This document shows, piece by piece, positions 34,420 to 43,134 of a stretch of 64,000 bases of DNA. Each line of letters opens with the position of its first letter. Within the stretch, counting starts at the first letter, position 1. A program made the position numbers and the translations under genes. The stretch is from Steroidobacteraceae bacterium (GTDB taxonomy: Bacteria; Pseudomonadota; Gammaproteobacteria; Steroidobacterales; Steroidobacteraceae). The notes beneath the pieces were generated by a model that did not search any database, had not been told where the DNA came from, and saw only the letters and a list, made by a program, of their open reading frames with translations. Where the stretch lies: NCBI GenBank assembly GCA_035995425.1, contig DASYKM010000173.1, forward strand, positions 101,875 through 165,874, written 5' to 3'.

Positions 34420-34671
34420 TTAGTTCGCCGCCTTCGAATCGGCCATGCACTTCTTGACGAAAGACTTGCGCGCGGCGCCGGCGAGCTTCTTGGCGTTCGC
34501 GTCATCGCGGCAGTGATGATCGGGGTGGGCGGCGGTGGACGTCGGCTTCGCGGCGGGCGCGGTGGCATCGGCGGCGAAAGCCGAGCCGGCGGCCAGCAGA
34601 GAGGTGAGAGCGAGCGTTGCAATCAGTTTCACGGTGGAGTCCTCGAAAGTTGCTGCTGTTGCACAACGCAT
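34420..34671 (-). CDS. PsiF-repeat small periplasmic protein
   Basis: 'CRDDANAKKLAGAARKSFVKKCMAD' plus the signal peptide 'KLIATLALTSLLAAGSAFA'. The true start is probably the GTG near 34633, which has 'gaggac' upstream. Confidence 0.6.
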   Translation of the reverse strand: MRCATAATFEDSTVKLIATLALTSLLAAGSAFAADATAPAAKPTSTAAHPDHHCRDDANAKKLAGAARKSFVKKCMADSKAAN

Positions 34672-34729
34672 ATGCAGCTACGCGCCACGATAGTTGGGGC
34701 GCGATGGCCGAGGCCTTTCGGGAAGATTA

Positions 34730-35242
34730 TTAATTGTTAATGGAGCCGCTCGTCCCGCAAGCCCAGGCGTGAAATGCGGCGGGCATCGTGCCTGGCCTGA
34801 TCGGCAGCGGATCGACCGGCTCGGAGTGCGTGCCTATCTTGCCCTGCAGGTCGCGCTTCGAGTAACCCGTCGACGACAGCAGCTTCATGGTGTTCTTCGC
34901 GCAATCGAACTCCGCCACCGCCACGCTGCTTTGCGGCACCTGCGTCTTCTGGAATTCGACGCGCAGCGAAACTGTCGCGATCGCGCCTACCCGCTTCGCG
35001 CTTTTTCGGGCGCCATACGTCGCGAGCTCGCCGTCTCCTTCCAGGGAAATGAGCTCCCATCCTTCGGGCCCCGGAATCGTGAGCGACTTGACCCACGCGA
35101 ATGCGTCCGATGCTGGAGCCTTGGCAGCCGGCGGTTCCGCCGCGCTTGCCGTACCACAGGCCGCGGCACAGAAAGTCGCGGCGGCCACCGCGACGATCAG
35201 AATTCTTGCGACGCGCGCGTTCAATGCTTGTACCCGCGCCAT
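34730..35242 (-). CDS. small lipoprotein or secreted hypothetical protein
   Basis: Internal ATG at 35242 gives MARVQALNARVARILIVAVAAATFCAAACG (lipobox-like). The upstream 129-aa extension in the track overlaps the esterase gene out of frame. Confidence 0.45.
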   Translation of the reverse strand: MARVQALNARVARILIVAVAAATFCAAACGTASAAEPPAAKAPASDAFAWVKSLTIPGPEGWELISLEGDGELATYGARKSAKRVGAIATVSLRVEFQKTQVPQSSVAVAEFDCAKNTMKLLSSTGYSKRDLQGKIGTHSEPVDPLPIRPGTMPAAFHAWACGTSGSINN

Positions 35243-36399
35243 ACCCACTCGAGCGCCTGCGGCAGAGTCTGCCCGCGAACGCGCCCATCGCAGTGGCCCG
35301 AGTCGAGCGCGAACGTGTACTGGTACTCGTAGCCTTTCTCTTTCAGCACCTTTGCCATGCGGTGGTTGGCGATGACCCAGTCGTGCATGTCGTCGCGCAT
35401 GAGGTTCGGGTTGTAGAGGTCGCGGTCGCCCACGTGCATCCAGATACGAATCGGTTTGTGCTCCGCGTTCGCGATGATCGACTCGTGATAGCCCCAGGCG
35501 CCGCCCGGCGTCTCCGCGTTGAACGGCCACTGCTGGTTCACGTACGTGCCCGAGTAGCTGATGACGCGGTGGTACCACTCCGGGTGATACCAGGCCATCG
35601 ATAGCGCCGCCGCCGCGCCCGAGCTGCAACCCATCACCGCGCGCGCGCCGGGTTTGCGCGAAAGCTTCAGCTCATAGCGCTTCTCCACCGCCGGCAGCAC
35701 CTCCGCCTCGATGAACTCCGCGAACTTGCCCGACATCGTGTCGTACTCGAGGCCGCGCTCGCTGCCTTGCGCGTCGCCGCCGCCGTTCTGGATCATGATG
35801 GCGATCATCGACGGCACGCGCTTCTGCGCGATGAGATTGTCGAGGATGTGCGGCAACGTCCGGTCAGGCTCGCCGAACTTCGGCCCGTCGTGCGTGACGA
35901 TGAACGGCGACTTCCCCACGTGTTGGTACTGCGCCGGAATGTAGACCGTGATCGTGCGCAGGTAGGGCGCCGGATGCGTCGCGACGATCAGTGTCTTCGG
36001 GTTGTTTGGGTCGACCGTGCCGAACACGTCGCGGCCGATGCCGGGGTAGAACTTGCTGTCCTTCGAGTCGAGCTGGAACTGCTGCACCGTGCCCGACTTG
36101 ACGCCATCGACCATCATGATTTCGCGCGCCGGGACGTAGGTCGGTCCGATGACGAAGTCGCCATTCTTATCTATAGGGGCGCTGGCACCCTTGCCCTCGA
36201 TTTTCGTGAACGCCGGGGCTTCCGGCCCGTCGGCGGCGCGGGTGGGGGGAGTGGGGCGCGCGACGGGCGGGAAAGCGGGAGCGGGGGGTGGCGGAGTGAC
36301 GGCAGGTTCGGGCGCTGGCGTGGTTTGCGCGCCGGCGAAGGATTGCGCCAACAGGCAGCCGGTGAGAACCGCAAGTCGATGTGTTCGCGTTATTCGCAT
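35221..36399 (-). CDS. secreted esterase-family alpha/beta hydrolase (enterochelin-esterase-like fold)
   Basis: Signal peptide, Pro-rich linker, nucleophile elbow 'MGCSSGAAAALSMAW', 'IWMHVGDRD'. Confidence 0.75.
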   Translation of the reverse strand: MRITRTHRLAVLTGCLLAQSFAGAQTTPAPEPAVTPPPPAPAFPPVARPTPPTRAADGPEAPAFTKIEGKGASAPIDKNGDFVIGPTYVPAREIMMVDGVKSGTVQQFQLDSKDSKFYPGIGRDVFGTVDPNNPKTLIVATHPAPYLRTITVYIPAQYQHVGKSPFIVTHDGPKFGEPDRTLPHILDNLIAQKRVPSMIAIMIQNGGGDAQGSERGLEYDTMSGKFAEFIEAEVLPAVEKRYELKLSRKPGARAVMGCSSGAAAALSMAWYHPEWYHRVISYSGTYVNQQWPFNAETPGGAWGYHESIIANAEHKPIRIWMHVGDRDLYNPNLMRDDMHDWVIANHRMAKVLKEKGYEYQYTFALDSGHCDGRVRGQTLPQALEWVWRGYKH

Positions 36400-36498
36400 G
36401 ACGAGACCCCCAGAACTTCGGCCGATCCTAGCGTGGCCTCGCGGATGTTGCGAGTGAACGGGTAGGCAGCCCGTTCGCCGGGGCTCACAATCCCCTCC

Positions 36499-37428
36499 AT
36501 GTGCTATTCAGCTCAAATCCAGGCCGCGTACATGAAGTACCTCCGCGAGACCGGCGCGGAGATGGACATCGACCAGTTCGAGGAGATCTTCGGCGCGCGA
36601 GTGTCGGATTCGAGCATCCGCATTCCGCGGGCCGTGGAGCGGTGGTTCGATGAGCCCAAGACCGATGGCGAGCGGCGCATCAAGACGTCGATCGATCAGT
36701 ATCGCGAGGCCGAGATCACCAAGCTCGAGCGTGAAGTGTTCATTCAGCACAAGCGGCTCGTCGATGCCGAGCGCTCGCTGGCAGCGGCGCCGACCAAAGC
36801 CGCGACCGAGAGCAAGCGCATCGCCGGCAACAAGATTGAGCAGGCGATGACGCGCCTCGAGCGGCTCAAAGCCACCAAGCCGCATGTGGCCGAGGCGCGC
36901 TTCTTCCCGATGCACCACGCGCCGATTGTTCTGCAGGACGGCAACCGGCGAGTCATGAGGTTAGGCCGCTATCACTGCCGTAAGCCGGGCGAGCCCGAGA
37001 GCATCGATCGAAAACTCCCCGGCCTCTACAGTGCGCGGCGAGATAGTTTGGGCAAGTACTGGCAAGGGTTGTTTGGCGTGTCGCACGCCGTGATGGCGAT
37101 CGAGTCGCTCTTCGAGAACGTCGAGCGCGATGGCAAGAACCAGGTGCTGCATTTCGTGCCACGGCCGGCGGAGACGATGCTGGTCGCGTGCCTGTGCGCG
37201 ACGTGGCAGGACCCGAGTGGCGGGCGGCCGCTGTTGTCGTTTGCGGCTATTACGGATGAGCCGCCGCCGGAGGTCGCGGCGGCTGGACATGATCGGATGA
37301 TCATCAATCTGAAGCCGGAGCACTTGGATGCGTGGCTTCAGCCTGCGGGAAGGTCGTTAGATGAGTTGGAGCGGATATTGAGTGACCGGCAGATACCTTA
37401 CTACGAGCATGAGGTGATGGCGGCGTAA
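36499..37428 (+). CDS. SRAP (SOS-response-associated peptidase / YedK)-like protein with a large insertion
   Basis: Cys2 ('MCYSAQ'), 'LYSARRDSL', 'HAVMAIESLFE', 'HDRMIINLKPEHLDAWL' parallel the SRAP motifs MCGR, NARAE, RCLIPADGFYEW and HDRMPVIL. About 120 aa of charged, coiled-coil-like sequence follow Cys2. Confidence 0.6.
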   Translation: MCYSAQIQAAYMKYLRETGAEMDIDQFEEIFGARVSDSSIRIPRAVERWFDEPKTDGERRIKTSIDQYREAEITKLEREVFIQHKRLVDAERSLAAAPTKAATESKRIAGNKIEQAMTRLERLKATKPHVAEARFFPMHHAPIVLQDGNRRVMRLGRYHCRKPGEPESIDRKLPGLYSARRDSLGKYWQGLFGVSHAVMAIESLFENVERDGKNQVLHFVPRPAETMLVACLCATWQDPSGGRPLLSFAAITDEPPPEVAAAGHDRMIINLKPEHLDAWLQPAGRSLDELERILSDRQIPYYEHEVMAA

Positions 37429-37702
37429 AGTAGAGAGTCGAGTCTACTCAGACAGGTCAATTCGCATCTTGCTCGCAACGGAAGGACTGATTCAGCGTTG
37501 CTCAAAACCTGTGCACCGCCAGTGCCTCGCGACCACGGCTACATCGATGGCAGTAGACTTTCGCGAAAGGGGGCACGCACGTTGCGTTCGCCCGCAAAGT
37601 ACCGCCATGCACCGTCTAAATGACTGAGCGAACGTCGGGCTGCTCTCCCTGCCGAAGCAAGTCTTTGATATATCAGCGGTATGATCATCGCCAACAAATC
37701 TG

Positions 37703-38986
37703 TTGACACAGATTCGAGATGATGAGAAAACGCCAGCAGAATTGTTGGCGACGGGCGACGCTGTGAAATTGAAACAAGGGCTTGGCAATTGGGTCGACGG
37801 CGATCGCTTCTTCAATCGCGAGAAGGAGATGGCCGTTTTTCGTACTTATCTTCTCGATGGCGTGAGCCTTCTGCTTGTTGCGCCACGGAGAATCGGAAAG
37901 ACAAGCTTCATGCGTGAAGCAGGTCGCCAACTAGAAACAGAAATCGTTGCTCTGCATGTTGATCTGCAGAAGGCGAATTCCGCCGAGGAAGCGATTGTCG
38001 AGCTGGGACTCGCATGTCGCCTTCTTGAGCCAATGTGGAAGCGCGCGTTAGGGGCATTCGGGCAGCTGTTCGGCAGAATTGAATCGCTCAAGCTGAGTGA
38101 GCTTTCGGTAACCCTCCGGGGCCTACTCAATTCTACAAACTGGCGCCAGAAGGGAGACGAGCTCATTGGTGTACTTTCGGAGTATTCGAAAGAAGTTAGA
38201 AAGCCCGTCGTAGTCTTTTTTGACGAAGTTCCAATTCTCGTAAACCGCTTGCTTCACGATGAAGCCGCGGGTTCTAAGGCTGAGCGTCGTGCTCGGGCAG
38301 ATGAGCTCATGTCTTGGATGCGAGACAATCTTATTAGGCATAAGAGTCGCGTAGTGTTTGTCGTGACCGGCTCGATTGGCCTTGAGCCAGTTCTACGTTC
38401 GGCCGGTCTTAGTGGGACTCTTAACGCCTTCCACTCTTTCGACCTGCGCCCATGGAAAGACGAAACCGCTGCTGCATGCCTCCTGGCTTTGGCACTTGAG
38501 AAGGAGTTCCCACTTCCCACGGCCGTGGCTGCCCATATGGTCAAACTACTCGGCAGCGCTATTCCGCATCATGTGCAGCTCTACTTCGACCACGTGTTTT
38601 CAAGCTACGTCCTTGACGAAGCAGCCGGCGAGGTGACGGTTGCGTACGTTGACGAGGTCTACTCGACAAGGATGATTGGTCTGCGAGGCCATGCCGATCT
38701 GATGCATATGGAGGAACGCCTGCGCCTCGTGTTAACAGAATCAAGATTCTGCCTTGCGCTTACTCTTCTTACGGAGGCAGCGGCGGTTGGATTGCTCACT
38801 GTTAGCGCCAGCAAATCAATCGTGTCGAGTCATCGTGCGACCAATGATGACTTGCTTGAGACCTTGGCAATACTCGAACACGATGGATACTTGTGTAAGC
38901 AAGCAGATCGGTTTGTTTTTGTCTCCAACCTAGTTAGAGACTGGTGGCGGAATCGCTTCGGGTTTGGCTACTGTCCAGCTCAGTGA
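37703..38986 (+). CDS. P-loop NTPase, Arch_ATPase / Orc-Cdc6-like with C-terminal wHTH
   Basis: 'FFNREKEMAVFRTYL', Walker A 'APRRIGKTS' (37880-37906), Walker B 'VVVFFDEV', C-terminal 'LETLAILEHDGYL...FVSNLVRDWW'. The track start is TTG and is uncertain. Low-GC codon usage. Confidence 0.7.
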   Translation: MTQIRDDEKTPAELLATGDAVKLKQGLGNWVDGDRFFNREKEMAVFRTYLLDGVSLLLVAPRRIGKTSFMREAGRQLETEIVALHVDLQKANSAEEAIVELGLACRLLEPMWKRALGAFGQLFGRIESLKLSELSVTLRGLLNSTNWRQKGDELIGVLSEYSKEVRKPVVVFFDEVPILVNRLLHDEAAGSKAERRARADELMSWMRDNLIRHKSRVVFVVTGSIGLEPVLRSAGLSGTLNAFHSFDLRPWKDETAAACLLALALEKEFPLPTAVAAHMVKLLGSAIPHHVQLYFDHVFSSYVLDEAAGEVTVAYVDEVYSTRMIGLRGHADLMHMEERLRLVLTESRFCLALTLLTEAAAVGLLTVSASKSIVSSHRATNDDLLETLAILEHDGYLCKQADRFVFVSNLVRDWWRNRFGFGYCPAQ

Positions 38987-38994
38987 GCGTTTAT

Positions 38995-41900
38995 ATGAAT
39001 TACAAGTACAATCCCGGCTTCTTGAGCGACGAAGAAATAATTCGCAAGTTCGTAGTTCGCCAGAAGGACTTTCGGATCCTTCGAGAGATTCTTCGTGAAA
39101 ATACTCATGCGTCTTCAAATCGACATGTCCTAGTAATTGGGCCTCGCGGTTCAGGAAAATCGACGCTCGCGCGGCGCTTAGTCGCGGAAGTCAGGCAGGA
39201 TGAAATACTGCGCTCAGATTGGTACCCGATTGTTCTGGCGGAAGAAAGCTATGGTGTGACTTCTCCGGGTGAATTCTGGCTGGAATGTGTTTTCCAGCTT
39301 TCCGAACATTCCGGCCGACTAGACGTAGCAACGCGATACCGCGAGCTAAAGATTGAGCAGGATGAAGCGCGGCTAAGGGAACTCGCTCTCGGCGCTTTGA
39401 TTTCGTTCGCCGCAAGAATGCAATGCCGTTTTCTCTTGGTCGTCGAAAACCTTAATCAGATCCTCGACGAGCAGATGGATGCGCAGCAGGGTTGGGAGAT
39501 CCGCCACGCATTGCAAAACGTTCCGGAAATCATGTTGCTTGCGACGGCGACGAAGAGATTCGACAGTATAGAAAATGCCAAGGACGCTCTATTTGAGCAG
39601 TTCAAAGTGCATGAACTGCGGCCGCTGACTCTCAGCGATGTATCTGCATTGTGGGGCGGATTGACCGATGAACGCCTCCGACGCTCAAAGTCGCGTCCGA
39701 TTCAAATTCTCACAGGCGGAAGCCCGCGATTGGTGGTGATTCTTGCGGAATTCGCAGTCAGCCATTCGTTTGCCAATTTGATGTCGCAATTGAATTCACT
39801 TGTCGACCAATACACCGACTACTTCAAATCGCAGCTTGATGCATTGGCGTCTGCTGAGCGCAAGGTGTTCGTAACGGTTTTGGAAAAGTGGGATCCTGCA
39901 ACTACACGTGAAGTTGCGGAGAGCGCGCGTGTTTCGGTAAATACGACGAGCGCTCAACTTAGCAGACTTCGTTCGCGAGGTGCCGTTCACCGCCGAATCT
40001 CGAATGGGAGCCAATACTGGGAGGCGTCAGAAAGGCTTTTTAATCTTTACTACCTAATGAGGCGACGCGGCGCTCCTTCAAGTCGCGTCAACGCGTTGGT
40101 CAGGTTCATGACCGTATATTACGGCCGTGAGCAGCTGTATGAGCGAGCAACAGACCTCGCCAGAGAGTGCGGCGCGCTCGATCCAAAGCTGCGGCAGGAC
40201 CACTACTTTGCTTTGGAGCAGATTATTCCGAAGCTAGATGAGGAGAGGCGCGCGGCTTTGCTCTCGCAGTCGCCTCCGGAGTTTGCAAAACGGTTTGAGA
40301 TTGCTGTGGCGGGGCAGCATAGGAAAGAGAATGCGACACCTAAGGGCGATCGCCTTTCGGTAAGAAAACGAATACTGGAGCTTGTTCAAGAAGGCGATGC
40401 GGAGACGGCGACTAAGCTTCTCGAAGAATGCGAAGGGTTAAGCAAGGAAGATTCAGCACTTTTGGCGCTGGTAGGTTTCTCGAACGGGCTGAATTCTGGA
40501 GATTTTGGAAAGGCTCACGAGCTAGTTGGCAAAGCGCTTGAACTAGACAGTAGCGTCGGTGTGATTTGGTATTTTCGTGGACTCTTGCTGAGAGCGCAGG
40601 ATCTTCATCGTGAAGCCATTGGAGCGCTGAAGAATGCAATTGAGCGTGGCAACGACGACGCAGATGCATGGCTCGCGCTCGGAGATTCGCACGCTGAAAT
40701 GGCGGAAAAATCAGAAGCAGAAGCATCCTATCGTTTTGCAATCGCCAAGGATCGTGACCACGCGCATTCTTGGCTTGCTCTCGGCTGCCTTTTGGCCACT
40801 CAAATAGAGAGGCTCGATGAGGCAGAGGAAGCGCTGCGCACCGCGGTGAAGCTTAAGCCCGATGAAGAGGAATTCCTCGGCGCCCTTGGCAAGTTTCTGC
40901 TTGAGAAGCGGGGCGATGCGTCAAGTGCGCAAAACTTATTTCGATCAATTGTGCTTCGTGACTCAACGGGATGGCGGGGGTGGATGTACTTAATTCGCGC
41001 CCTTTCAGAAGGAAAGCGCTCGTCCGAAGAAATCGCGGTGCAGTTTAGGACTGCGATGGAAACGCCTGGCCTTATGAAGCGCTGGAAGGTGAGTTACGCA
41101 TATGCGGAGCATCTAAGCAGCGTCCGTGAAGACAAGCGGGCCGAGCGGGTCTTGCAGGAAGCTACGAGCTCCGACCCAGAGAGCGGGGAAGCGTGGTTTC
41201 AATACGCTCGCCTCTTGTCCCTAGATCTCGATAATCACAAGCTTTCGATGCAGGCGTATAAGCGCGCATTGGATTTAGAACCGAATGAAGGCTATTTCTG
41301 GAGCACTTTTGGAAACTACCTAACAAAGCAAGGAGAGCACCTTGCTGAAGCCGAAGAAGCCTATAGAAAAGCGACTAAAGTCAGTCCGAACGAATGTGGC
41401 GCGTGGCGAACACTGGGTGATCATCTCGTAGAACGAGAACGACATGAAGAAGCGCGTCAGTATTTTGAGAAGGCGCTTTCAGTCAATCCACGCTGCGGTT
41501 GCGCAGTTGCTGGCTATTCTTCAATCCTAGCAAGAGGGGAGAAAGGCTTTGACGAGGTAGATGAGATGATTCGTGAGTTTATTGCGCGGGTTCCGGAAAT
41601 TCCTGGGCCTCACGTTGCTCTTGCAAAATACATGTTTTCGTTGCGGCAAGATCGGCAGGGAGCAATTAAAGAATACCTAAAGGCTCTCAAGAAGGGTGCA
41701 ACTCCGAGTGCCTTGGTCGAATCTTTCATCGATGTGTTAGACCTAAGCGAGTTCTCCCATGCCGTCGAGTCTTTGGCTTCCTTCTTGGAAGCTTCGCGCG
41801 AGGGCGATGAAGAAGACATTGGGAACTTGATTGCGTGGACTCTCTACCTAAAACAGGCAAAGGGAGAATTGCTCGAATACGCGCTATCGCTTGCCCAAGA

Positions 41901-42303
41901 AAGTGTGAATCGTCTGCCCGGTCAGTGGGAAAGGCGACACACTTTGGCTAGCTTGCAGTTTGTTGCGGGGCGAAATGAAGAGTCGTTTGCTCAGATTCGT
42001 TGGTTGGCTGATCAGATTCTCGGTGGGTCATTGGAGGCTTTCATTGACCTATGCATCGCAGTCGCTCGCGGCGGCGAAGGAGATATTTTGTTAGGTGTTT
42101 TGTCGAACTCTCGCTCTAGAGAGACATTCGAGCCAATGATCGTGGCTTTGCAATTTGATCAGTCTAAGGAAGAGCCCCGAGTCGCGCGAGAGGTGCTTGA
42201 GGTCGCGCGCGATATCCATCGACAAATTGTCGAAGACAAAAATGCAACTACTCATCAACTCGATTCCGTTACAACGAGTCTCGGCGTCACGGGGAGAATT
42301 TAA
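38995..42303 (+). CDS. STAND-like P-loop NTPase-wHTH-TPR array protein (1102 aa)
   Basis: ATG lies 8 nt after the upstream stop. 'FVVRQKDFRILREIL', Walker A 'GPRGSGKST' (39139-39165), Walker B 'FLLVVENLN', wHTH 'ATTREVAESARVSVNTTSAQLSRLRSRGAV'. At least 10 TPR-like repeats lie at about 40400-41700 (e.g. 'AWLALGDSHAEMAEKSEAEASYRFAIAKDRDHAHSW'). Confidence 0.75.
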   Translation: MNYKYNPGFLSDEEIIRKFVVRQKDFRILREILRENTHASSNRHVLVIGPRGSGKSTLARRLVAEVRQDEILRSDWYPIVLAEESYGVTSPGEFWLECVFQLSEHSGRLDVATRYRELKIEQDEARLRELALGALISFAARMQCRFLLVVENLNQILDEQMDAQQGWEIRHALQNVPEIMLLATATKRFDSIENAKDALFEQFKVHELRPLTLSDVSALWGGLTDERLRRSKSRPIQILTGGSPRLVVILAEFAVSHSFANLMSQLNSLVDQYTDYFKSQLDALASAERKVFVTVLEKWDPATTREVAESARVSVNTTSAQLSRLRSRGAVHRRISNGSQYWEASERLFNLYYLMRRRGAPSSRVNALVRFMTVYYGREQLYERATDLARECGALDPKLRQDHYFALEQIIPKLDEERRAALLSQSPPEFAKRFEIAVAGQHRKENATPKGDRLSVRKRILELVQEGDAETATKLLEECEGLSKEDSALLALVGFSNGLNSGDFGKAHELVGKALELDSSVGVIWYFRGLLLRAQDLHREAIGALKNAIERGNDDADAWLALGDSHAEMAEKSEAEASYRFAIAKDRDHAHSWLALGCLLATQIERLDEAEEALRTAVKLKPDEEEFLGALGKFLLEKRGDASSAQNLFRSIVLRDSTGWRGWMYLIRALSEGKRSSEEIAVQFRTAMETPGLMKRWKVSYAYAEHLSSVREDKRAERVLQEATSSDPESGEAWFQYARLLSLDLDNHKLSMQAYKRALDLEPNEGYFWSTFGNYLTKQGEHLAEAEEAYRKATKVSPNECGAWRTLGDHLVERERHEEARQYFEKALSVNPRCGCAVAGYSSILARGEKGFDEVDEMIREFIARVPEIPGPHVALAKYMFSLRQDRQGAIKEYLKALKKGATPSALVESFIDVLDLSEFSHAVESLASFLEASREGDEEDIGNLIAWTLYLKQAKGELLEYALSLAQESVNRLPGQWERRHTLASLQFVAGRNEESFAQIRWLADQILGGSLEAFIDLCIAVARGGEGDILLGVLSNSRSRETFEPMIVALQFDQSKEEPRVAREVLEVARDIHRQIVEDKNATTHQLDSVTTSLGVTGRI

Positions 42304-42310
42304 GCTAGGT

Positions 42311-42350
42311 GGCGGGCCCGTCAGTTACAGCTGCCGGGCCCGCCTTGTTC
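42311..42350 (+). terminator. rho-independent-type hairpin after the NTPase-TPR gene
   Basis: Perfect 10-bp stem ggcgggcccg (42311-42320) / cgggcccgcc (42335-42344), 14-nt loop, then 'ttgttc'. Confidence 0.5.
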
Positions 42351-42523
42351 CAACGAAAAGCGAAGCAAACCGGGCATTGCCCGCACTTGCCACTACTTTA
42401 GGTTAGACGCCCACCGCAGTTTAGTGCGGTCCTACTGGTATTGCCAAGTTCTGCGCCCGGTCCCCACTCACGCGGGGGCAAAGCCGCGGGCTGCAAGAAC
42501 ACATCACCAGTTAGGAAACTCAA

Positions 42524-42829
42524 ATGAACGAATTTCAAGTTACATGTATTACAAAGCCAAATCGGGCAAGCCAACATGAACACATCACACATATCGGCAA
42601 TATCGCAGGTTCCTGGAAGTTGACACGTGAAGAGGCAATTCGGCGCATCGACGCGAACATCGAGGGTTACTACACAATTGAGAAGACCACAGGAAAGAGA
42701 GCCGTAGTTGGCGTAGTTCGCGGGGACGGTAACAAAGCGCCGTACTTACGAACGCACGCCGACGGAAAATGGAATGACAATCTTCTCGCTCAGGACGAGT
42801 GCACGGCGAGTTGTGACCTGAAAGGTTGA
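42524..42829 (+). CDS. DUF3892-like small protein
   Basis: 101 aa. 'HEHITHIG...WKLTREEAIRRIDAN..YYT....GKRAVVGVV' resembles DUF3892. 'aggaaactcaa' lies upstream of the ATG. Confidence 0.6.
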   Translation: MNEFQVTCITKPNRASQHEHITHIGNIAGSWKLTREEAIRRIDANIEGYYTIEKTTGKRAVVGVVRGDGNKAPYLRTHADGKWNDNLLAQDECTASCDLKG

Positions 42830-42836
42830 TAGGGGT

Positions 42837-42868
42837 GGCCGGTCGCTGTTCCGACCGGCCGTTCTTTG
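42837..42868 (+). terminator. rho-independent terminator after the DUF3892 gene
   Basis: Perfect 9-bp stem ggccggtcg (42837-42845) / cgaccggcc (42852-42860), 6-nt loop, then 'gttctttg'. Confidence 0.6.
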
Positions 42869-43134
42869 CGTGAATTGTCTATGCAATCGGACGATCAAGA
42901 CTGGTCAAATTAACACTTGTAGAGCATCAACTACGTGCGCGCAGTCCGATGTGCTTTTATTTTTGGGACGTAAAACATGTTGGAATCGTTAGAGGCGCAA
43001 GTGAATTGTCTGCCCAAATCGAACACAGAAAGCCAAAGTCAACCCCCGTTCACGGGTTCTTGATCAATCAAGTCCTCGACTAAGTTCACCCAGCAAGGAA
43101 TGGGGAAGAACTCTAACAACGTCGAGGTGCTTTC

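Noticed and set aside
34730-35629. A 299-aa minus ORF overlapping the esterase gene by about 400 nt.
   Set aside because: Only the C-terminal 170 aa (from the ATG at 35242) look like a real lipoprotein-type product. The N-terminal part overlaps the esterase 3' end out of frame and is Arg/Pro-rich.
37492-37815. A 107-aa minus-strand ORF in the left spacer of the island that overlaps the start of the first NTPase gene.
   Set aside because: It has no motifs and odd composition, and it overlaps the conserved N-terminal 'FFNREKE' region of the NTPase. It is probably non-coding spacer or promoter DNA.
42870-43020. An 11-bp direct repeat 'gtgaattgtct' at 42870-42880 and 43010-43020 at the right edge of the low-GC island, considered as possible att-like repeats.
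   Set aside because: It is short, both copies lie on the same side of the island, no matching copy was seen at the left border, and it sits in AT-rich spacer where such matches arise by chance.
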